The notes beneath the pieces were generated by a model, which was not told the DNA's origin, did not search any database, and saw only the letters and a program-made list of their open reading frames with translations. A DNA stretch of 64,000 nucleotides from Trichoplax adhaerens (Eukaryota; Animalia; Placozoa). The position numbers and the translations under genes were made by a program. Every line of letters begins with the position of its first letter. Position 1 is the stretch's first letter. Location: positions 2,989,183 to 3,053,182 of the forward strand of contig NW_002060948.1 of the NCBI RefSeq assembly GCF_000150275.1, written 5' to 3'. Below, piece after piece: positions 12,643 through 23,158 of the stretch.

Positions 12643-15600
12643 CTACAAATTCGAAACATCCATTTCATCAGAAGTCAACTTCATTTTTTTACCAATGGCT
12701 ATATTTCTTCTTATTGCAAGACAAATCATATTATTCCCCAAATAATAATTGGATGTAACGATATTCATCTGAACTTTGTTCAGCTCATTAGATAACCAAT
12801 CATCGATTTTAGGATTGATTTTATTACTTAGAGTTTGAATACTAAAAGGAATTTGGTTATTAGTTGCATCAAATGTTGTAAACTCTGAAATAGAAAGACT
12901 TTTGTTATCAGTACGATAATAATCTTTAAAATGGATAAATAGTTTCTTTTCTCTTTCAATTAGAATTATTGGTTTAACTGAGTGTATTGGACCCCAAACC
13001 AAGTCACTGTCTTGATACTTTGAACTACAATTTATTTTATTGTACGATGTAAGGATTCGTGTGTTATCTTTCCAAAGCGTTGCCAATACCTTGCCTGCGT
13101 AGGATTTTGGCATCGCATATCCTTTCAACTTGTCCAATATAACATCTAACAGATTATCGTGGATCGTATCTTCATCAAAATCATAAAAATCTACAAAATG
13201 TATGATTAATACCTCATTTATATTTCTTGCGGCAAATGTCTTAATCGTGTGTAGAAATGATGTTACTGAAATTTTCGAAAGCCATTTGTTATGACTAAGC
13301 CAAAATTTTGTCTTAAACGATGGCAAATATCTTACTCGTAAATCAAAATAACGTATTCCATCACGTAATTGATTCGCTATATTTTCTGTTTGAGTTTGCG
13401 ACCATGGTGTCAGCATCGGAGCCGACATATTATAACAGGCTGAACAATAAGTTCCAGGAATGACCAGATCTTGCAGTCGTAAATTTTGCAAAGAATGTTT
13501 ATATTTAGCCATCCAATTAGTAAAATTGTGAAATTTAGCTACTTCACTTATCATAAATCTTGCTTCTTTGGAGCTGTAGGTAATATATGCTACGTAATAG
13601 TGTCGATTACGTGCAAACTCTACTACAGTATTGCAAGAATTATTATAATTTGCTACCCAACACCACTGCCCTTGAATATAATTACTTACATTCCTTGGAT
13701 AATGGCGATAAATAGCTACATAGTCCCATGTCAATGCCTTATCACCACGAAACCATTTTAGATCAAATGTTAAGCTTTTATCAATTCCATACTTAAAAGT
13801 ATACTGGCCGGATGCAGTTAGGTAAGGATTATGCCGATATCGTGTAACGTTATGAATTCGCTTCGTATTTTCCATGTTTACCTCTATCGGAGGGATTAAC
13901 GGATGAGGTCTTTGGGCATAGCCGTAACCATCATCTTCTGGAGTTAATGAAGGTGAGACAGTTTTGAATGATTCAAATTCTTTGATTAAAAATCCACATA
14001 CCTTGGTTTTATTACACGAGTATGTATAATACACGATATAGTAAGTGTAATCCTTGTCGTAACCTAAATTCGTTACAATTCTATCGGAGAGACGCATATT
14101 TAGCCAATGCTGATAACACGATTGGTAAATTGCTTCGCTCTTTTTCTTGCATAATATGGCAATGTAATCATACGCGTTAGGCATAACACCAGCTACCCAC
14201 GAAATTATAATGTAAGTGTTATTATACGGCATCGCCCATCTTTGCAATCGCATTTTCAGTTTGACATAACTTTTTTTCATTGCTGTTCGATTTAATTCCG
14301 CAGGTTGAAACTTTTGTATTAGTACTTTCAGTGCTACTGGATTTATATTAGCTAATAGTCTTGTCTTCATCGCAGGAATTAGATTTATGTTCGCGATTTC
14401 AGGGTCTGTTATGCTTGCGTTGTAATAAAATGAATAAAAATTTATTATAGGGTTATTTCCGGCATAGATAAGTAACTCCAATTGCTTATATTTGTTGGTT
14501 GTCATTATTGTTATAGACGGCTTCGGTTGCAAAGTGAATTCTAGATTGTATAAAATGGTCATCTACTAAGTTATGTACACTGCAATCATACAAATGAAAA
14601 TTACTAATCGCTCGAGTATATTAATATATCATAACGTTATTATTAATAAAAGACAGCAATTACGGGTAAACTAAGTGATAACCCAAAATGTTTTATCTTA
14701 CTTGTAGTTTGGTGACCACGCAGCGCTACGATATAATAATCATTATTATCCTCTTTGACAATATATCCTGGGAAATGGAACTTATCGGTACCGATGGCAT
14801 CCTTCATAATATAAACAATGCGATATGAGTATTTCTTTTTAATGTAACTACTGGTTACTACTCAAACAGGTTCCATGCTTACTTGAGATAATTTCGGAGT
14901 AAACGTTTTCCAAGTCTTCCAGTTAAATATCTTTCCAGAGGGAGAATCACCCTCTAGCCCAAAGATATCTTTCGATCCTAGCTTAGATGACAATTGCACT
15001 AAGTCATTCTCAAAAATAAATCCACCTGTAGAGGTATCAAACCTAAGGACCAATAATATGCAATACATATTTTAATAACATATAAAAAGATGCAGCCTAT
15101 ATTTATAGTTCCTACATATATCTACATATCTTCCTCGCTGTAATGCATAATTAATCTGACGCACATTGCTTTACCGGTCGACCTTCGTATAACCTTTAAT
15201 GCAAACGGGTTATGATTACAATAGATGTAAAAGTCTCCCGCACCATAATTATTGCTAGGTTGTTTCGAGAAATTGGATGGATAATATCGAGGGTCATAAA
15301 ACTAAAATTCGTAATAAGGCCAATAAGATCAATCAGTGACTGATTGTACAATAAAGGATGCTTTATTGTATATGTAGAAAGGACACATTTTGAGCGCCGT
15401 TGTAATAAGAGCACGACGTATCTTATTTCACTACGTAACATCTTAAGTTACCTTAATCGATAGCATTGCTGGACGATAATGTTCGATAGTAACCATGATA
15501 TCAGTTAATGCCTTGCTGCTGTAATAAGGAGTATCACAACGGCGTAACTTTGCAATGAAATCTTTACTAGTTATTTCAGTGCGATTACGAATTTGATATC

Positions 15601-15973
15601 CGTAATTAACCGGAAAATAGCATGATGGAACAGCATTGCCGCTTGAAGCTCCCCAACAACATCCCCGTTCCTTGCATCCTTTCTCTGTTGCTAGCCCAAC
15701 CGGGTAGCAATCAATTCTATCTTCCACGTCATCACTGCAAACTACATCGTTTTTACCGCAAACAAATTTTGCAGTGGTAGAAGAAGGAGACGTTATGATC
15801 CCAGCAGTAGTTACAGTTTTAGGTAATAGCTTTGGTGTATCAATTTTTTCATGATGATTCGAGTGTGAAATAATTTGCAGATTGGACCGATTGATGTGAT
15901 ATATAATTACCAACGTTGCTATAATTACAATTACTAAAGGCACTATTCGTTTACGTCCATGGCCGGTAAACAT
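12643..15973 (-). CDS. Chimeric type II membrane protein (~938 aa): TM anchor, Thr/Ser stalk, trefoil (P-type) domain, GH31 N-terminal beta-sandwich, 2x SKICH-like domain, PI-PLC X (PLCXD-like) domain
   Basis: Exons 15973-15452, 15301-15165, 15042-14883, 14801-14702 and 14540-12643; all introns GT-AG with phases 0/2/0/1 giving one open frame. Trefoil RIDCYP...CKERGCCW...VPSCYFP. GH31-N motifs IK|FYDP, NPFALKVIRRSTG, FDTSTGGFIFENDLVQLS, IFGLEG, FTLQPKPSIT. PLC-X motifs NWM...LQDLVIPGT, QTQ..IANQLRDGIRYFDLRV, NEVLII, NIVTSNY. Confidence 0.82.
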
Positions 15974-17574
15974 GATCAATCCAAGCCAAATGAGCTACAT
16001 TTGTATATTATTAAAAAGGCAAGAAGTATTATGATTAGAGTTGCTAACCTAGTTATCATGATAAACAGGACGTAAACATAAAGTATCCTATTTAAAATTT
16101 AGCAGAATTGAAAAGTCGAAAGCACGAAAGATCTCGTTTAAAACGGCTTTACTGTATTGATTTCTATACATCCGCGATATTATATGATGTGTATGAAGTC
16201 AGGTCTAACTATAGTCTTATGTTTTTACTGATTAGGATACATATAAGCTAGATATTCCAGAACAGGCTAACAAGGTAAAGGATATTCGTTTTTGTATTAA
16301 TCTTTTAAGCGACCTTAAAACTAATTAACTATAATGGACTATAGTTCAACTGATATCCAACGAAGCCTAGCTCGTACATTATTATCAAATTATAGGAAAC
16401 GATTAAAACGATAAAATAATAACGTAATAGTTTATTAGCAAATAATCTTCAGGTACGGTTGAGTTTATTGGTTAGTAGATGCGAAATCTGTTATATCCTC
16501 ATCGAGAGGCACAATACCTTACCGTCAATTAAATTTCGAAATACCGATGATCTAAAGTAAATAAAATAGTCCAATCAAGCAGGACGTAATTTTTCTTAAG
16601 AATCAAATTTTACAGCTAAACCTGTATTTTGACCTAGGAAGCAAGAATTTAATTAATTAATTTAGTCTAATAAAAGTTCCATAGCATTCATTGATACATT
16701 TAAGAATTCGCTATTAATAATGTTATGTTATTAATTAATTACAGCAAATTGTTCTTCAAAATCCTAAAATGAATTTCCTTTAACAGTACGACAGCGTAAT
16801 GTATGCTCAAAAACAAGTATCAAATGTATGCGGCCTTGGCTGTAAATCATTTTAATAATAGTAGATAATTATAATGATTTCGTCTGATTGATGATAAACA
16901 TGTGTGTCCGCAAAAATGGCATAGCTAGTCTGGTACTATAATTCGTTAGTGAACTTTAGAAATCTTAACGATTATTAAAAATATTGCAAGTCTTGGGTAT
17001 TTACCTGGTACCCTTTGACTCTTCAAATTAAGGAAAATAAGATTGAATTAAATCAACTACTGTATGTGCAGTAAAGTACAGTGTCATCATTGTATTGCAC
17101 AATTCATACGTGGTAAAGTAGCAATGGAACAATGTCGCGCCATCTTATTACAGTATCGTGTAAAATAGATGCCCAAAAACAGATTGATGATTTCTGTCTG
17201 AATAATAATAAAAACTGTTTATGATTAACTGTTATTTCATCCTTTACGCAAAATTAATCAATCCACCATACGTACGTTACGTAAGTAGATCTTAGCTACG
17301 AATAAATCGAAAAACTGTACGCATATTTATTCTATGTTATTTGCTATAAAGCTTGTAGATTGCCTTTTCGAGTTTACTGTTCAAGTGTAAATTAATGTAA
17401 CAACTTTTTGAGTTGTTGCGAGATAGCCATCATCCGGTATCCACTGTTGGTAGTTTTAAAGTGATAAAGAAAAAATTAACATATTAATCTCCCTACCTAT
17501 TCGTCATTCTCGGTAGTTAGTTTAGGTATCTGCAATACCGTGCCAAAATTAGATTATGCTTGTACAGTAGGTTC

Positions 17575-20220
17575 GATTAGATTACACTGTACTGTATTGT
17601 ACAGTATACATGTACTGTATGTACTAAGTTCGGCAATTAGGCCTGAGTGGACTGTAAAACTGAACTGTATCCTTTTTACAATAGGCATTTCGAAGCTAGT
17701 ATTAATTAATTAATTTTAGATTGCGTACAAATAGCATCATTGTAGCGTTGGCCTATAGTGCTATACAATACAATATTGTACTTGTAAGATATTAACAATA
17801 ATTAAGTCATCATGATTGTAGGTTTTATGCAAATTGAAATCCAAATTAAGTGGCAGGCAATATAAAGAATGAGCCTTACCGTAATGACATCCCTTGCAAG
17901 TTAATCAGGATTGAAAAATATCAGCAAACTAACCGTAGACAACTAAACAATGAGCAATACAGTATTGTGGTGTAAAAGTATTCATGCTTGAATCTTTACG
18001 AACAACGTCGAGTTCGCTAGCCTATGCCTATACTATGAACCGATCATGCTGTACATTAATCTTTTAAGCAACTTTTCATTCTTCTTGATGATACGTTTTA
18101 ATCGCTAAATATTTTCAACTTACAAAATGACACAATAGGCGTACTCTGTATGAATTATCATAATAACTACATCTTGAAACATGATCGTAGCAAAGCATCC
18201 AGGAAAGACATACGTATACGAGTAGTACAGATATTACAACCAATTTCTACGTGTACTTCCTTACCGTTTGTCAACGTTTATCGACGTGTAAATCGGCCAG
18301 TCTTGACAGCTACTTTCTCATGGTAAAGGTGAGTAGTACAGTAAAATTTTAATTATAACGAACGTCGTCTATGGAAACGATAGATTAATTAGTTATAGCA
18401 TGTATTTGCTGCAATAGCGTATCAATCAATGCTAAATAGCGGTACTTACCAATTTTACGTGGCCGTTTGTTAATCAACAAGATGCTGCTTACTTCTGGCT
18501 GACGGTGATTTTAGCAGTATAGATTGGAAATATACATACATACAGTACAGTCTACAGTAGTCAGTAATCCCGTGATTATTTTCAGTTACCGTATCTTTAT
18601 TCCCTTAGAAAAGTAATACCATGTTCATATTCCTGCAATAGTATCGCTTTTGATTAACTTCTCAATAATAAATATGCAATGTACGCTGCAGTAAAGTAGT
18701 TCTACTCAGTATGATGTCTAGTAAACGTTGAATCCTAGCTTCAATGATGTCATCTTCTGGCTGAATGACACAACATTCCAAGCCATTTGTACTGTAGTTA
18801 GGCCTGTTCAATGTTCATAAGGATGACGGACAGAAGTACATACAGCGCATGTACTGTACTGTACTGTAGTCAACTGCTACAGTACAGGGGTCACCAGGTG
18901 GTTCGATAAATGAGACAAAAGCATTGAATGTACAGTACACTTGTACACTGTACAGACTGTACAGTGTACTGTACAGTACAGTGTACACTACAGCGTGATT
19001 CACTACATTTTGCGTATTTTAACATCGAAAATAAATGAGATCGTACTATATCAACAATCTGATATTGAATTCGGTCATTAATCGTATGTTATACATTCAC
19101 TGAATTAATAATTGGTTGTTTCCGTAGAAGAGGAGTGAATCACGTTGAAGAAAATCGATCGATTTTCTTGATCTCTAGTACACTCTACAAGACGGTACTC
19201 ATTTTAGAGACTCGAGAGATTGCGATGTGAAAAGGTTCTCTTCACTTCAAAAGCTGTTACTGGCTAACAACTTGGGCATTTTAAGCAACAGTGTTACTCT
19301 AAACGTTATTTATAGATATATATATATAGACTGATAGACATGACATATACACAATGCCTTCAAACTTGAAACATATCACATGTTGTTTAGCACTGCACCA
19401 TGAGATTGAACGTAATCCTGTACCGTACTGTAGATTCAAAATATAATACTGTACAATAATACTTGAAGAAATTATGATTCAATTTCAGAAATTTTGTAAA
19501 ACAATATTTTGACCATATGCTGGCCCACTGTGTACACTGTACATAGTGGATTATCGCCATGATAGACGGAATGATTATCCGTTGACGCTGTTTTACCCGC
19601 CTTGACATACTGTACGAGTACTGTAAACTGATTTCGTAAATGGAGCACACTGATTATTTGACCTCGAATGCGGATAACTACAGTACATAAACTCTTCTCA
19701 AACTTGACAGTCTCTACAACACTGTACTGTATTACTATTGCCAATCCTGTCTGTTACATTTAGGGCTACCGGTGTTGTACTGTCTACTGGACACAGTGGA
19801 AAGTGGACAGTAGTGTACAGACGGAAACTCATAACGAACACTAGTCTAGTCCGCCTTTATAAGTACGTCTACAGTACACTGTACAGTAGACTGACTATAC
19901 GAGTATAGCAAAGGTAGTTTAAATCATTGCTTAACCCCTCTCAACTGAGATGTTAACTATTACACACCGATCATATTTAAAAATTTTGTCAATTTAAGCA
20001 CTTTTAGTACTCGCGCAAGACGAATTTCCGCAACGTCCAACAGATATTCTAAATTCGGCCATTTCTTTTTGACAGTACTGTACACTGTACAGTATGGTAA
20101 CTACTGTACACTGTGCAATACTGTACTGTACAGTACTGTACAGTATGCGAAAACTTTGCCAACTACTGTACTGTACTGTACAGTACTGTGCACTGTACAG
20201 TATGTAAACATACTGACTGG
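17575..20220. repeat. Clusters of TACAG/CTGTA (ACTGTACAGT-type self-complementary) low-complexity repeats
   Basis: Dense runs at ~17575-17625, ~18835-18995, ~19780-19890 and ~20070-20215, e.g. TACTGTACTGTACAGTACTGTACAGTA. Confidence 0.85.
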
Positions 20221-20335
20221 GCTGGACCTCACCGGCCATCATTTCATTCATGTTGTTTGTTGTTCTTATTTTAGTTATTGATCACAGGAGAAGAATTCGA
20301 TCAAAGTATTACAACTGCTTTCATCAGTTGTTGAT

Positions 20336-21517
20336 ATGGAATCGCCAGTAAACTCTAATTTGATTTCATTGCCGGCAGAGGTTATATGCCGTATTATAAG
20401 TCATGTTCCGGTCGAATGTCATCCTTCAGTTTCATTAACCTGTCGCTACATGCGAGAATGCTCTCATGTTGATCGTTTATGGCTACAACGATGTCGTGAT
20501 GAATACAACGTTGACGATTACCGAAGTTGGAAAGGCGTTTCATCGTATTATCAATTATATTCCAAGATATTATATAGGTATGGGCCTCTTCTAGGAGTCT
20601 GGTTACGTCGAATGGGTTGCTATGGAGGGCTTATATCAATTAAAATTCGAGATGGTCAAATATTCGGTGAAGAATACGTCGTAAATCCCGACGAACGATC
20701 AGCTGACAAAATTAACGTTGTCTGTCGACCAGTCTTTGCTATCACTACGACCGAAAACGAGGACTGTATCGTAGAATGTCATACTCTACTTAGTGAAAGC
20801 CATCGCGCCAACATTGATATGAAAATATTTAAAAATGGTCTAGTTGATAAATTTAAGCTAAATTGTGATGCGAAGTATCGCCATATTCCTTTAGAAAACA
20901 ATGATTTACAATTTCTCTTCGACTCATTATATCGACTGTGGGCTCAAGGTGAACTTGGAGCTAATTATACAAATGACACATTCGTTAATGAGGTTATCGG
21001 TATAAAATTTTGGACTTATCTGTCATGGAGTCATGGATTTACATTTACTAGGCTTCCGCCAATCAATCATAGCAATGTTGATACAAACATATCAAAGAAT
21101 CACTTACGATCTGGATATTACGCCGGTACTTATGGAGTCCATGGACTAGAAATTATTCGGATCCTGTACAAGGAGCAAACACTTAATGGAACTAAAATAA
21201 CAGGCGATCCTAACGTGCCTGCTGGCAAGATCACTTTCAAAGCATTTTTAAGTAATCCTATCCTAATAGCCAATCCTGAAGATGGCCCATTCTTACTAAC
21301 TGACGACCTATTACCATCGATTAATGGCATACCTCGCCATGCATTAGCTATCTACCACGGTAGCGGACAAATCGCTTTTGAAGGGTACAGATTACCAAGA
21401 TTTATTAATGGAAAATTTATTGTATTCAATCAAGATACGTGTGGATTTATTTGGTTGGGAGCTGTCATTTCCTTTACTTTATTCAAGCGTTTTGATGAAG
21501 GATTTCTCAATGTATAG
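20336..21517 (+). CDS. FBXO31: F-box only protein 31 homolog, single coding exon, 393 aa
   Basis: N-terminal F-box LISLPAEVICRIISHV...VSLTCRYMRE; YxKILYRYGPLLGVW, YGGL; C-terminal substrate-binding motifs GTYGVHGLEII, GTKITGDPNVPAG and GSGQIA..GY, typical of FBXO31. Confidence 0.93.
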   Translation: MESPVNSNLISLPAEVICRIISHVPVECHPSVSLTCRYMRECSHVDRLWLQRCRDEYNVDDYRSWKGVSSYYQLYSKILYRYGPLLGVWLRRMGCYGGLISIKIRDGQIFGEEYVVNPDERSADKINVVCRPVFAITTTENEDCIVECHTLLSESHRANIDMKIFKNGLVDKFKLNCDAKYRHIPLENNDLQFLFDSLYRLWAQGELGANYTNDTFVNEVIGIKFWTYLSWSHGFTFTRLPPINHSNVDTNISKNHLRSGYYAGTYGVHGLEIIRILYKEQTLNGTKITGDPNVPAGKITFKAFLSNPILIANPEDGPFLLTDDLLPSINGIPRHALAIYHGSGQIAFEGYRLPRFINGKFIVFNQDTCGFIWLGAVISFTLFKRFDEGFLNV

Positions 21518-23158
21518 CACCAATTCACTACAAAATTATCAAATCATTTGAATCTCATTTACCTTCATAAGGTATCGAGTAACGCTGTATCTTATAAATC
21601 CAATGTAATAATTAATCCTTAAAGAATTCACCTGTAGTATCTATCTGTACTAGCAATGTTAGAAAAGTTTGCAACGCTTACTCTGAAGCAATTCCTTTTA
21701 CAATATATAGGTGTCCTACTGTACAGTATAAAAAATTAAAAGGGTGTTTTAACCTACAGTATATAAATATATAGGCGATTTCATTCAAATTTAGATGCCT
21801 ATTGCTCAGGTATAGCTAATCATAAACAAATTAATTGATTGATACGTTTAGCAGTTACAGATATGTGACAAATGTTATTTACTGCCGTTAATCATAAAAC
21901 ATACGCACAGTGTTGGAATATTTAAAGAGAAGGTCACAGTTTGTATTCATGATCGTACTTGATAACTAATTGATCTCCATTAAATGTGAATCGATCCTGA
22001 TCTGAGTACATAAAATAAATCGCTAATCTGTAAGTAGAGTATTGATCTGAATTTATTTAATGTGTTATGTTTAAAAATGCTACTACAGTAGCTCATATTA
22101 GCATATCTACAGTACGTGTATAATCAACACATATTTAATGATCCATATTAGTAATACTATATCGATTCCATAAAGTAAAAGTACCAAAAAAAGGCCTAAA
22201 TTGCGATATTATAATATATCATCATCCATTAGTGGTAAACATAGGAATAAATACCCTCTAGATCCAAAGAAACTGAAGCCAAACGAAAGTATTGACCAGT
22301 CACTCTTGGAATCAAGATTATTGTCACATTATCCACAACTGGTTTCTAGTATTATTGCAAATACGTTGGCACAGATCGAGTCAGAAGTAGTGTAATTACA
22401 ATTATAGGAGATTGCCCATAAACTGCATGATTCGTTAAGCCGTAAAACTAGCATTAACTCACGGAACCATCTCGCTATCAAGGCATTAAACTCTATCTAA
22501 CTTTCACATCCTGAGCTTCCTGCAAATTGTGGTAATACAAACACTTTGTCCACTCGTTTATACCTCATAGTTTATTTAGATTTTTAAATAATTCTGATAG
22601 TTTAGCTAGTTATTACATTACATAGTTATGATATCCGTTAACGGTAGTCTAGCTTTTAAACATATCTTCGGGTGAATCATATCTCAAATATTCATACGTG
22701 GTAAAAAGAGTGCTCTATTAGGTACTATCATGACTGCCAATAGTTTGCTACTAGTATACTCGGACATACTGTACAAGTCCATTATTACAACTTTTAGATC
22801 GCATAGATTACGGTAACTAATTGCTACTGACTTCCGTTGCCCTGAACAGTCAATTTACTACCGTGTACTGCATTGTTAGTATACAGTCATAAATGAAAGA
22901 AATAAAAGATAACCTATTAGAAATTAATAGAACACTAAATTCTTAATTACAGTAGCGAGTAAATCTGAGCGTGTTGAGTAGCGTAAAATATATTAGATGG
23001 ACAAACTAATAACATTGATATACACAGCAATTACTATTCTACCGTTATGTATGGTTATCGTACCGGGTATTTAATGCCAAAATTACGCTAACTTAGGTAA
23101 ATGATAATTATGAAAATTAAATCAATCGTGCTAATTTCTATTATTCTAAAGTTAAGTA

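Noticed and set aside
13486-13761. Antisense or alternative-frame ORFs overlapping real genes (also 2952..3209, 6881..7084, 21130..21330, 25852..26085, 43966..44214)
   Set aside because: These are shadow frames of well-supported coding exons.
12643-14562. Stand-alone 639-aa PLCXD gene starting at ATG 14562
   Set aside because: Its first residues continue the GH31 N-terminal domain, and a phase-compatible acceptor at 14541 links it to the upstream exons. It is better explained as the last exon of the chimera.
15443-15979. Ordinary lysosomal alpha-glucosidase (GAA) or a truncated pseudogene of it
   Set aside because: No GH31 catalytic motifs (W.DMNE, HW.GDN) were found downstream, and the exons are intact and run in frame into a different domain.
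18885-18915. GGTTCGA T-loop-like word suggesting a tRNA
   Set aside because: There is no cloverleaf, A-box or acceptor stem.
18815-20281. Several short ORFs rich in YSTV/TVLY/VQY
   Set aside because: They are translations of the TACAG/CTGTA repeats on both strands, not proteins.
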